A stretch of 64,000 bases of DNA, from positions 28,954,001-29,018,000 of the forward strand of contig NC_043009.1 of NCBI RefSeq assembly GCF_006345805.1, read 5' to 3'. The notes under the pieces were generated by a model. That model did not search any database. It was not told the origin of the DNA and saw nothing but the letters and a program-made list of their open reading frames with translations. Source of the stretch: Octopus sinensis (lineage: Eukaryota). Below, piece after piece: positions 51,200 through 64,000 of the stretch (positions are counted from its first letter, which is position 1; every line of letters begins with the position of its first letter). A program made the translations under genes and the position numbers.

Positions 51200-52521
51200 C
51201 TGTTGTTACATCACAGTTAATAAATAAATTACCAGTCATGTATTGGGGCCAGTTGTTTCTTTAGTCTTTTTCTCTCTTTTTCTTTTGAACAGCTTAGTAA
51301 TAACCAGACATTTCACCAAAATCGTTCATTATTATTTTTCTTCTATTTGAAAAGGGGAATTTTTTCCCAAAATGTTACAGTATTATTGAACATACAATAT
51401 CTCTTCTCATACAATATCTTGTTTTCATTTATTGACATCACCTTACATATTTTGCTTTAATCCTCACCTGTATTGCTTAAAGGTTTTTTTAAATATTTAT
51501 CTCATTTATAATATATATTGTCATTTAAACACAAGACATTTATGTTTCCAAACTCATTTCACACAAGTTGTCATTATTTAAATATTTGAATTATTCAAAT
51601 TTTGAATTGCTTCCATTAATTGAATTGTCCATATCTGCAGCTTGATTCTAATAGCACCAAGGTTTTTCTTCATTCACACAAAGGTCATCATGGGTAGGTC
51701 TTAATGGTGCAAACAAAACTTAAAGGCATCGGTATGGTTGTAGGGATACAGTGTTTGTAATGTAATGATGTGGTTGTGAGTTCTATTTCACTGTGTGGAA
51801 CCTTGCCCTGTAACAGCATGCTAAATAATGTCTTATGAGGAAAACTGGTTGGTAGATCCTACATAAAAACCTTTCATATGTATGTGCATGTGTGATAGTG
51901 TACATGCGTATTAGTGTGTGTGTATATATATATATAGAACAAAAACACAGTAGTGGGCATTAGAACATTCGGACAGATAGATGATACAAAGGCAGACAAG
52001 AGAAACATTTAGAAGGACGAACAAAAAAGAGAAGTCATTCTTGGCTTTCTTTCATCAGTCAAGTCACAGAAGTCATGACCACTTTGGGCAGTTACACTTG
52101 AGACGGTTCGATATGGTTTCCCCCCAAAAAGTCTAAGCTAAGAGCATTAGATACCTTTGTAAGAAAGCTAGCGAATGTGTACGGTAACAAAGACAAAAAA
52201 AAACAACAAATAAACAAAAAGTGGAGCACATGGTACACCATTACGAATACAAACAAGAAATAAACATACTTATGTGTGTGTCGATATATATTTCTTTACT
52301 ACCCACAAGGGGCTAAACACAGAGGGGACAAACAAGGACAGACAAAGGTATTAAGTCGATTACATCAACCCCAGTGAATAACTGGTACTTAATTTATCGA
52401 CCCCGAAAGAATGAAAGGCAAAGTCGACCTTGACGGAATTTGAACTCAGAACGTAATGGCAGACGAAATACGGCTACGCATTTTGCATGTGTGTCTATAT
52501 ATGTATATATATATATATGCA

Positions 52522-52558
<37 letters not shown>

Positions 52559-52569
52559 ATATATATATA

Positions 52570-52857
52570 ATTAGAAAGTAACTTAATAAAATAAAACATT
52601 ACAGAGGATATATTATAAATAATTAAGATTATTTATGAATATATCAATGGCCAAACATATTATCATAAAATTAAATAATTATGAACAAATCACAATTATA
52701 ACTAAGAGGGTTACAAACTCTTACACGTTAAAAATAATTATAAACATTCTTCTTATTTGTATTTCATGATAACATGTTTGGCCAATGATAAGTTCATAAA
52801 TAATCTTAATTATTTATAATATATCTTCTGTTCTGCTTTATTACATTACTTTCTAAT
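52570..52857. repeat. AT-rich fold-back inverted repeat, ~105-bp arms, ~74-nt loop
   Basis: 52570-52678 versus the reverse complement of 52753-52857; long shared block GATATATTATAAATAATTAAGATTATTTATGAA..TGGCCAAACAT. Confidence 0.9.
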
Positions 52858-53492
52858 CATTTAAATTTTCCTAACTCATATCTTTTCACATAAATGCTGT
52901 GCATGACATTAGAATTCAAAACTTGATTGCATAGATAGAGGTCGAAACATTTCACTTGCCAGTCGGGATTCATGTTTGCCCCAAGTTGAAGTCTTGTTTT
53001 GATTTCTATCTATAGGAATATTTCCTCTGATGAGATGAATGGGCCCCTTAAGAGGTCTCTGATGTCGAAATTGTGATAGTGAATTAACCAGTTATTTTTA
53101 ACATGTAAGGGTTTTGAAACCCTCTTTAATTTTAACTATAATTATAAAAGTTCTTCTTCTATATATATATTGAGCAATAATAAATCTCTGAGCAAGGTAT
53201 AAACAGTAACCACATGACATCGTGTTACATACATATGTATGTGTCTATATATGTGTATGTGTGTGTATATAATATATATATATAAATATATATATATATG
53301 CATATGCACACACGTGTATAAAGATAGGGCACCACTTTTAGCTGAACAGATCAACCCCAGGGTTTATTATTTGTAAGCCTAGTACTGGTCTCTTTTGCCA
53401 AACCACTAAGTTACGGGGACATAAACACACCAACATTAGTTGTCAAGCAATAGTGGTAGACACACAAACACAGACACACAAACATACACCCA

Positions 53493-53526
<34 letters not shown>

Positions 53527-53709
53527 TATATATATATATATATATATACGATGGGCTTCTTTCAGTTTCTGTCTACTAAATCCGTTCACAAGGCTATGGT
53601 TGGCCTGGGGCGATAATAGAAGACACTTGCCCAAGTTGCCATGCACTGGGACTGAACCTTAAACCATATGGCTGGTAAGCAAGCTACTTACCAGACAGCC
53701 ACTCCTGCA

Positions 53710-53756
<47 letters not shown>

Positions 53757-53971
53757 GTGTATATACACACACACCACACACATATATAGGGAGAGTTTAC
53801 GAAAAAACAAAAGACGACAGGTGATGTACAAAACAAACAGATGTATTAGTATAACCGCTCAGGATAGAAAAGTCTTTCATATTTCGACCCTAGGCTCTTC
53901 TACAGAAAGGGACACAGAAAAAACAAGGAGAGAAAAAAGGAGAGAGAAAAAAAGAGAGAAAAAAAAAAAAA

Positions 53972-54015
<44 letters not shown>

Positions 54016-54910
54016 TCATCGTTTAACGTCCGTTTTCCCACGCTAGCACAGGTTGGACGGTTTGACCGGGGTCTGAGAGCCAGGGCTGCCCCAGGCTCCA
54101 GTCTGATCTGGCAGTGTTCTACAGCTGGATGCCCTTCCTACGCCAACCACTCCGCGAGTGTAGTGGGTTGCTTTTTACGTGCCACCTGCACAGGTGCCAG
54201 AATATATATATTATATATATATATGTATGTATACATGTGTATTTCTATAATTTCCTTGTAACTATATATATTATTACACATGTATGTCAAATACAAGATT
54301 CTTGTATTTGCAATGATTTTCAATAGATCAGCCGGTCTCTCATGAAACATTAACAGAACAGATTAATGAAATTAACTTAAGCCAACAAAAGCATGAATAA
54401 AAAAATTCCTAAGGTTTAAGAAGAAATGAAACTTAAAGATTCCTTCTCAAAATTATTTCATTGTTTTTTATTATTTGCCTATTTATTTGTTGTTGGAATG
54501 AGAATGGGTTCAATTCTTGATTTGAAGTTCAAAGGATTTTTAGATTTCAATCTGAGTAATAGGAGGGAACTTATTAAAAGCAGATATTGTTCTAAAGAAA
54601 TGGTACAATGGTAACGAGAATTATAACTGTTTAAGTTCCTTGAATTCTACAGCTTTTCCCTTGTTTTATTTTTTTTGTCATTTTGTTTTACTGTATATAT
54701 TTTATTTTGTTTTGTTTTTACTCAGGTCTTATCTCTCTCACTCTTTCTCTTTATTTCTCTCCCTCTCTCTCTCTCTCTATCTATCTCTCTCTTGCTTGCT
54801 GTTTATCTATCTTTCATTATCACTTCATTTTTCTGTCTGTTCTTCTTAGAGTAGGACAGAGAGAGATAGAGAGAAGAGGAGACAGAGGCAGAGAGACAGT
54901 AAAGAAACTA

Positions 54911-54941
<31 letters not shown>

Positions 54942-56449
54942 TTTTTGTTCTTATGTTACATAATAAAAGAAGTTGTGATCCCTATTAATTCCATGCTTCC
55001 CCCGCCTATCCCCTCTACCTCTGCCTCCACCTCCATCTGCCGCCAATGGAGTGTGAAGAAAGAGAGGAAGCATTGATCTCTGTCTTTGAGAAAGATGGAA
55101 CATTATTAGGAATGGTAAAAGAAGACAATACTAGAAATGATTCTGAGAAAGTGAAAATTCTTGTTCTGACTGATATCTCTTGTCTGAGAATTAGAGCGTG
55201 TGCATGTGGTGTGTGTGTATGTGTGTGAATGTGTGTGTGTGTGAGAAAGAAGTGTTGATGTCTAAGTGCATATGTACAAGAGTATGTATGTGTGTATGTA
55301 AGTGCATTTGTGTCATGAAATGTACTTTGTATGTGCCTCTGTGTGTGTATCTGTGAGTATGTATGAGTGTCTATGTCTGTACGTATGTGCAAGAGAAGAG
55401 TGTGAGTGTGTGTGTGTGTTTATGCATATGTGTGAGTTACAGACAGAAAGGAAATACATGTAGTAGCTAGAGAGAGAGAGAGAGTGAAAGAAAGACAGAG
55501 ATGGAGGGAGAGAGAAAAGTGAGAGAGAGAGAGAGAAAGAAAGAGAAAGAGAGAAAGAAATGAAGTGCAAATGTAAGTCAGATTGATAGACAGAGAGGTA
55601 GATAAAGAGAAAAAGAATTGAGTAAAACAAAATGAATAAATAAACAAGGTGCAGTGGGGGGGACTGTGTGGTAAGTAGCTTGCTTACCAACCACATGGTT
55701 CTCGGTTCAGTCCCACTGCATGGCACCTTGGACAAGTGTCTTTTGCTATAGTACCAGGCTGACCAAAGCCTTGTGAGTAGATTTGGTAGATGGTAACTGA
55801 AAGAAGCTTGTCATATATATATATATATATCTGTGTGTGTTTGTGTGTCTGTATTTGCCCCCCCACCCCGCCAACATTGCTTGACAGCCAATGCTGGTGT
55901 GTTTACTTCCCTGTAACTTAGTGGTTCAGCAAAAGAGACCAATACAATAAGTACCAGGCTTACAAAGAATAAGTCCTGAGGTTGATTTGATCGACTAAAG
56001 GTGGTGCTCCAGCATGGCCACAGTCAAGTGACTGAAACAAGTAAAAGAGTAAGAGAAAGAAATAAAGTAAAAAAGAAAGAAAGAAAGAAAGAAGAAAGAA
56101 AGAAAGAAAGAAAGAAAGAAGAAAGAAAGAAAGAAAGAAAGAAGGAAAGAAAGAAAGAGAGGACATTGCGTGAGGATGGTTGCATATGCAAGAATAAGTG
56201 GGTGTTGGAAGGAGGGGTAATGAGAGGAAGAGAGGGGGTGTGTGACTCGGAAAGGAAAAGGGTGAGAAAAAGAGAGAATCTATCTCTGAAAACATGTGAC
56301 AGAGAATGTTTTGAAGTAAGGAAGTGTGACAAGGTGTGTATGTGTATGACATTGAGATATTGTGACAATTATATTATGTGACAGGGTGACATGCAAAAGA
56401 GAGAGAGAATATGTGACACAAAGCGAACACATTAAAATGAGTGTACGGT

Positions 56450-56705
56450 GGAGGGGTGTGGGTTAGAGGTTAGGGAGTTGGATTCATGATTGTAAGATTG
56501 GAGTTTCAATTCCTGGACCAGGCAATGCATTGTGTTATTTAGCAAAACCCTTCATTTCACATTGCTCCTGTCCACTCAACTGGCAAATATGAGTTATCCT
56601 ACAAGGGATTGGCGTCCCATCCAGGTGGAATATATACACCATGGGAACAAGGAAGCTGGGTGTTATGAGTCAGTATGACTCACAAAGGTAACTTTACCTT
56701 TACCT
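56450..56705 (+). mobile_element. tRNA-headed SINE family S5; other copies at 32740-33000(+), 37330-37610(-), 46810-46975(-)
   Basis: Head GG.T.AG.GGTTAG..TTG.ATTCATGAT...GTTTCAATTCCT followed by CATTG...T.T.T.AGCAAAAC.CTT.AT.TC. Confidence 0.7.
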
Positions 56706-57080
56706 TTACCTAATGAGAGAATGTAACATTGAAGATATGTAAAATGTAACATTGAAGAGGAAGTAAAATGGAAAGTAAGTTACAATGTATGAATGAGACA
56801 GTAAAATGCTACAGTGACAAAATGGCTGTTACATTGGGCATGGGTGAACACACACACAGACACAAACAGCCAGTCACAATGAGAGGCTGTGACAGCAGAG
56901 TGTATGTGTGTGTTACATTGACAGGATGTCATTGATGCATTGGTTACGTGTGAACAAATAAATACAGGTTGAGAGCAAGTCCCAATGAGAATATGTAACA
57001 GTAGAGTGTGTTACAATGACTAAATTCCAGTCACATTGAGTATGAGCGAAGACACACAAACAGCCAGTTATACAGTGTAT

Positions 57081-57141
<61 letters not shown>

Positions 57142-57328
57142 AGTGTTGAAATGTTTCTGATACACACTGAATAAATGTAAATGCATGAAACCATGGAAAT
57201 GTGATATTTGTTAAATACTGATATCAACAAAATTGCTGGCCTTGTGTCTGAATCGGAAAATATTAACATCTTGTAACAAAGTGTTCATGGGAAGGGCAAG
57301 AATGATGTAAATACAAATATTAGGGTGG

Positions 57329-57361
<33 letters not shown>

Positions 57362-57362
57362 G

Positions 57363-57403
<41 letters not shown>

Positions 57404-58668
57404 ATGCTGCTGCTGCTGCTGCCACTGCTGTTCCTGTTCATGCTCCTCCTCCTCCATCTCTTCCTTTTTCTTGTTGTTGGTACTGTCGTTGTTGTTGCTG
57501 TTATTCTTCTTTTTTTTCTTTTCTTTTTCTTCTTCTTCTTCTTCTTCTTCTTCTTCTTCTTCTTCTTCTTCAGTTCATCCAATTCTCATGCAATAGTTAA
57601 TTCTATATCTTTCCTCTCTTCCACCTCAAGGAATCTTTCGCATGAAGAATTAATGAGTCAAGTCAGAAGGGGAAAAAAATAAATGGCAAATAGATATTTT
57701 TTTGCGAAGAACAGATCCATAAAAGTTACCATGTTAATAATTGCTTGACCTAAAGAATTCCAGCTTGGTGATCATTATATGACAGACATTTGTCTCAAGA
57801 AAATATGTAATCGGTTTTGTCATCATCGTCATCATCATCATCATCATTGTCATCGTCCTCATTGCCATCATTATCATCATCATCATCATTATCATCACCA
57901 CCATCTTCCTCTGCACCACCACCATTACCCCTTACCTTCTCCATTATCCATCTTCCCCTTCCTCCTCATCCTCACCACCATCATTAAGTGTTGTCATCAT
58001 TGTCATCATCATCATCATCATCACCATCACCATAATCAACATTTTCATCATTATCATCGTCATTATCATCACCAAACAGCTTACACTCAGTTATAGAATG
58101 GGAGTAACCAAAGTAGAGTTGGAAAGAGATAAAAAAAAAAGAGGAGACGAAATGTCAGAGTGGACCCTGTAGATTGGAGACGAAGTGAATGAAAATAGAA
58201 GAACAGTGGGTGTAGATCTGTAGATGTCACACGAGTGTAATGGAAAATGAAAGATGACTAGAGATAGGGATGGATAGCCCTTACTTTAAAATAAGCAAGG
58301 GATTCACATGATCCCTAAAATGTGACCACAAATATGGCCTTTTGTTCATTTCATGCCAAAACCCAGATGTGGAACAAATAAAAAACAAAACAGATATATA
58401 GGATCCTTCAGATCTCCTAAAAATTTTCCACCACCCATATATACATATATATATATATATATGGGTGGGGAAAATAAAAAGAGACAAAATTCCTGTAAAA
58501 GGTCACTCTGACGATTCCACTAGAGTGGACGCAAGCGGTAATGTTTGATTTATAAAAAACATGTAACATATTAATAAATATCTGTAAATATAAAACCATG
58601 CAGAGTTCTGAGTACCTCATTTCTTCTAATATATAGTACCTGTACATCATCTCCAAACTTTCTAATAT

Positions 58669-58700
<32 letters not shown>

Positions 58701-58939
58701 CATACATACATACATACAACTATGATGTTGTTGGTACAACATATTCTTTGTCTATCTCTTTAACCTCTTGGAGATTTTAGGTAAAATTATACTAATGTGT
58801 CCTGTTCTAATTTAATTAAATTCTATGTTTTGTGCAGCTGAAGATTGCTCTACATTTTAAACTGATGTAATGAAATGATTGCATTGTTCAATTAAAATGA
58901 TCATACTGCATTACCTCTGGATATCCTTGTCGCTTATTT

Positions 58940-59018
<79 letters not shown>

Positions 59019-59098
59019 TTATTTAAAAGCAGCAGAAAAATTGAGTACTTTTTTTCCACCTTGTTTCACATTTATGTGTTTACTCCGGTATATATATA

Positions 59099-59151
<53 letters not shown>

Positions 59152-59459
59152 TATACATATTCATATATATATATATGTATGTATGTATATAAATATATAT
59201 ATAAATAAAGGTATCTTGTAGCTGAAAACTCCAGTATTTACAAGAGGCTTTAGAATTAATAATTCCTTTATCTCGAGCTAATATCTTAATTCCAGTAAAG
59301 CAGTGCACTGACTGAATTGATAACATGCTGGATAAAATGTTTGGTGATATTCATCTGTCTTTACACTCAAATTCTGCCAAGGTCAACTTTGTTTTTCATG
59401 CTTTCAGGGTCAATAAATTAGGTACCAGTTACACACTGGAGTTGATGTAATTGACTTAA

Positions 59460-59679
59460 CCCTTTAGTGTTCAGATTGTCCTGTCAAATGTGATGTTTGT
59501 TTATTTAAAATGGTTTGAATTAATCATGCATTATCTTGTAGTTTAGAGATTTCAGTGATGTGATTTTTTAGTTTTAGAATGACATGGTAGGGCTGAGGTG
59601 AGAGGCAAGATCTCGTCAGTTTCAATATAAAACAGGTTAAATATTTTGGCCAGATATGGTCGGTTTGAATGCTAAATGG
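59460..59679. mobile_element. TTAA-bounded MITE inserted into an S1 SINE
   Basis: TTAA|CCCTTTAGTGTTCAG ... TTGAATGCTAAATGG|TTAA; removing it restores the S1 sequence GATGTAATTGACTTAACCCACCCC. Confidence 0.8.
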
Positions 59680-60476
59680 TTAACCCACCCCTTCAAATTG
59701 CTGGCCTTGTTCCAAAAGATGAAACCAATATTTCGTTTCTCCCTCTCTTTTGTTATGGGAGTAGCTGTGCAACTCGTCTACAGCAAGAAACCTGTTTTGC
59801 CTGGCTTCCTCTCTCACACTTTAATACTCTCATCTCATCCATAATATGGAACCACCTCCTTTTCTCCCGTAACCCCACTCAGTCAAAGAGGATCTTAATC
59901 TTGCAGGACCACATGGTGATCTCTCTAGTGCTGGCACCAAGGAAAAAGCACCCAGTGTACACTGTAAAGTGAGTGGATTTAGGAAAGGTATCCAACAGAA
60001 GAAATCATTCCAAAACAGAGACAGGAGCTGGATGCAGATATCCGACCTGTCAACTCCTGTCATATCATCCAACCAACTCCAGTATGGAACATGGATGTTA
60101 CCAGCTAATTCATAAAATTCATTGTCCCTTGTGTCTTCACAAATTTCCTCTGTATTTTATCATATTCAGAACTTTTCTTCTCCCTTGTCTCAAGCATTTT
60201 ATTTTTCCCTATCGATGATATATGATAGACAGTTACACCAGACTCTTTCAACTTTAGCGTTATCACACTTGTCATTATCTTTCATGTGTTGCATATATAA
60301 TTCAGAAGATTCCAGAATTTTTCTTACCATTTTAGAAATGAATAATTTCTTGGTTTCTTCTAATTTTAGTGTCTAGCACTCATCGTAATTAGCATGACAA
60401 CACTTGGAAACTCTCTAACACAACACACACTTACATGTATATATACATATATATATTAGTATATAGTGGTATATAC

Positions 60477-60511
<35 letters not shown>

Positions 60512-60544
60512 ATATACATGCATATATATATGTATGTATATATG

Positions 60545-61535
60545 TCATCATCATCATCATCATCATTTAACGTCCGCTTTCCATGCTAGCATGGGTTGGA
60601 CGGTTCAACTGGGGTCTGGGGAGCCCGAAAGCTGCACCAGTCCAGTCAGATCTGGCAGTGTTTCTACAGCTGGATGCCCTTCCTAACGCCAACCACTCCG
60701 AGAGTGTAGTGGGTGATTTTATGTGCCACCGACACAGGTGCCAGACGAGGCTGGCAAACGGCCACGCTCGGATGGTGTTTTTATGTGCCACCGACACGGT
60801 GCCAGACGAGGCTGGCAGACGGCCACGCTCGGATGGTGTTTTTATGTGCCACCGACACAGGTGCCAGATGAGGCTGGCAACGGCCACATCGGATGGTGCT
60901 TGTTATGTGCCCACAGCACGGAGGCCAGTCGATGCGGTACTGGCTACGGCCACGTTCGGATGGTTTTAATTGTGTGCCACGTGCCACCGGCACTGGTACC
61001 ACAAAGATACAAATTCCATTGATGTTCATCTATTTTGATTTGTTTTGATTTGATTTTCACTTGCCTCAACAGGTCTTCACAAGTGTCACAAGAAGGAAGG
61101 TATGCACAGGTGGACTGACTACGTCCCAGGTAGGGGCCATGGGTTATGGCCTGACTAGTCTTGCGCCGGGTCTTCGGATGGTGTTTTTATGTGCCACCGA
61201 CACAGGTGCTAGATGAGGCTGGCGAACGGCCACGATCGGATGGTGTTTGTCATGTGCCCACCGCACTGACTACAGCACTGATGGATTTCTTGTGTGCCAC
61301 AGGCACTGGTACCACAAGATACAAATTCCATTGATGTTCATCTATTTTGTCTATTTTGATTTGATTTGATTTGATTTGATTTGATTTGATTTGATTTTCA
61401 CTTGCCTCAACCGGTCTTCACAAGTGTCACAAGAAGGAAGGTATGCACAGGTGGACTGACTAGTCTTGCCGGGTCTTCGGAAGGTGTTTTTATGTGCCAC
61501 CGACACAGGTGCCAGATGAGGCTGGCGAACGACCA
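60545..61535 (-). mobile_element. Long S3 copy with an expanded modular array
   Basis: ~61-bp GTTTTTATGTGCCACCGACAC(A)GGTGCCAGA.GAGGCTGGC modules recur several times, and a ~240-bp block (about 60990-61235) is duplicated at about 61305-61535. Confidence 0.85.
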
Positions 61536-61580
61536 TATATATATATGTATACATATATATGCATGAACATATGTGTGTGC

Positions 61581-61615
<35 letters not shown>

Positions 61616-61734
61616 TACACACACATGCACACACTTATACATGAATGTAATAAGTATGAATTTATAAATATAATTATATGATTATGCATGAATATATACC
61701 AAATTTTCGTTTTTATGTTCTCATTCCATGTGTG

Positions 61735-61771
<37 letters not shown>

Positions 61772-61992
61772 TATGTGTGTGTGTGTGTATGTGTGTGTAT
61801 TTGCATACATACACATGAATATCCATGAGTATGCATAGAAATATGCTTATGTGACTCTTGGCTGCAAACACACACACATACACACACACACATGTATATA
61901 CGTGTGTGTTTATATATGTATAGATATAAATATACATATACATACATATGTGTGTGTTGTACATATAATCAATATATAATATATATTAATAA

Positions 61993-62030
<38 letters not shown>

Positions 62031-62172
62031 ACGTGTGTGTATGTACGGGCTATATAATATTTCATTCTTTACATCAACAACGCTACCATGTCAAGAGCAA
62101 TTTATCAGCAAGTTGATATTTTTCTGATGTTTTGATTGAATTTATATGGTAAGTTGAGCAGAGAGGTGTTGC

Positions 62173-62203
<31 letters not shown>

Positions 62204-62928
62204 GGTGGCAGGGATGATGATGATGTTGATGATGACAACGACGGTGATGATAATGCCGATAATGGTGATGATGATGGTGATGATGACGATGGTGATGATG
62301 GTGGTGGGGTGGGTCGCATTGGCGGTGGTTGTCATAATGCAGAATATACTGAATATGTTGGTTAAGGTGATGAATATAGTTTCCGTCATTCAGTGCAGCA
62401 TAACTGGAACTGGACATGCAGGCAGACAGTCGAAGGGCTGGAAGATGCTTACCTTCTTCCTTATAAGACAGCTCCAAATTCACTTCTGCTAGACAAACTA
62501 CATTCCATGCATTCTTGTTGCCACTCAAGAACGGCCAAACTGGGATAAGTCTAAAAGTTTTATTCTCAAGTCCTCTAAACATCTGTATTCCTCCTCAGAA
62601 TCCAGTTTGGAACCATCCAATAGTTCTAAACCCTGCTTCTTTAGGTATTCTAAAGCAAGCAGGAGCAAATTCCATTATTGTCACATCTCCTCTGGTTTGG
62701 TGGAGATTTCTCTTTTTACAATATTCTCTTACTTGTTTCAGTCATATGACTGCGGCCATGCTGGAGTGCCACCTTCTTTTAGTCAAGCAAGTCAACTCCA
62801 GGACTTATTCTTTGCAAGCCTAGTACTTATTCTATCAGTCTTTTTTTTTTTTTTGCTGCACCGCTAAGTTATGGAGACATAAACACACCAGCATCGGATG
62901 TCAAGCGATGTTCAGGGGACAAACACAG

Positions 62929-62959
<31 letters not shown>

Positions 62960-63322
62960 CATAAACACACACACATACACATATATACATACATATATAT
63001 ATATATATATATATGCATATATATGACGAGCTTCTTTCAGTTTCCGTCTACCAAATCCATTTACAAGGTCAGCCTGAAGCTATAGTAGAAGACACTTGCC
63101 TAAGGTGCCACACAGTGTGACTGAACCCGGAACCATGTGGTTGGTAAGCAAGCTACTTACCACACAGCCACTCCTATTGATAAATGGAATATGTGATGGA
63201 ACAGGAACCAGTCATTATTGTAAAACAACCCAAGAAACCTTCAATGAATATATGCTACCTGGCTAACTGAAACAGTTACTGTTATATAATTTTGTTTTAA
63301 AGTGATAATGTTTCTTTGAGGC

Positions 63323-63565
63323 GATAATACTGGTAGTGGAGATAAAATTGGTAAAGATTATAATATTGATTTGAGAGGATAATGTTGATAGTGGTGAAAA
63401 TACTGATAGTAGTTAAAACAGTAGTAAAGGTGATAATATTGATAGAAGTACTAATATTTGTAGAGTTGATAATGTTGGTAGATGTGACTGTATATGTAGA
63501 AATAATAATATTATCATCTCTACCAATATAATAATATTATCATCTCTACCTCAAACCAATAATAT
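63323..63565. repeat. Degenerate 18-bp minisatellite (GATAATATTGGTAGAGGT-like) that flips orientation near 63510
   Basis: About 10 forward units, then AATATTATCATCTCTACC twice, the reverse complement of the unit. Confidence 0.7.
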
Positions 63566-63629
63566 CATTCAGCCTGCAAGGTCAGTTCACTTGGCCTGCT
63601 GCTGCATTGTACCTTTTGTGTTAAGTACC

Positions 63630-63835
63630 TGCAGTGTAAGTTCATTTGCCTTTGGTATGGCATCAATGCTTGGAACAACTTATGTCTGTGAGCAAGCATT
63701 TTTCAAAAATGAAGAATGTGAAGTCAGCACATCGGACGAGATTGACTGATGAACATTTGAAAGCAAATCTCTTGGTTGGATGCAGCAATTCCAAATCAAA
63801 TATTGATGATATCTTCAAAGCTAAACAACAATACT
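63630..63835 (+). mobile_element. hAT transposase C-terminal dimerisation-domain remnant (SPIN/Buster-like)
   Basis: FGMASMLGTTYVCEQA / FSKMKNVKSAHRTRLTDEHLKANLLVGCSNSKSNIDDIFKAKQQ (1-nt frameshift) matches the hAT STY.CE..FS.M...K...R.RL.D..L motif. Confidence 0.85.
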
Positions 63836-64000
63836 TTTTTTACTGTTTAGTTTGTGAGATTCGGATATGTGCATACTGGGAGTGATATAACTATCTTCTT
63901 GCTAACATAACCAACATTTTTATTTACCAAAAGGTTATGAAAGAGGCAGTTTTTATTTTTGAGTATTCACTGTATTGTAGTGAACAAAATGGTTATGCAG

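Noticed and set aside
55046-55228. ORF MECEEREEALISVFEKDGTLLGMVKED..
   Set aside because: No splice support or homology recognised; it runs into a TG microsatellite.

Overview
AT-rich, repeat-saturated animal genomic DNA. The SINE families, microsatellites and LINE fragments look like those of an octopus (coleoid cephalopod); this is from recalled repeat sequences, not a database search. No host gene can be identified: almost all ORFs in the supplied track are microsatellite or SINE artefacts. Real coding remnants are all transposon-derived: an R4/Dong-like RLE LINE 3' end in a (TAA)n tract (19.7-20.5 kb), a CR1/L2-group RT fragment (43.9-45.1 kb), a DD37D maT-type Tc1/mariner copy (45.2-46.0 kb), an RTE 3' fragment (14.1-14.5 kb) and a hAT C-terminus (63.6-63.8 kb). 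The most interesting unexplained signals are four. (1) A short repeat family whose three copies together rebuild a minimal type I hammerhead ribozyme, two of them arranged as an inverted pair, plus a second hammerhead-like family. (2) Three long fold-back hairpins (37.6, 40.5, 52.6 kb) and inverted SINE pairs that could form dsRNA. (3) Two SINE-into-SINE insertions at the same consensus position. (4) Scattered small exon-like segments with canonical splice signals, some phase-compatible, hinting at an unannotated long-intron transcript. All exon calls are low confidence and need RNA-seq.
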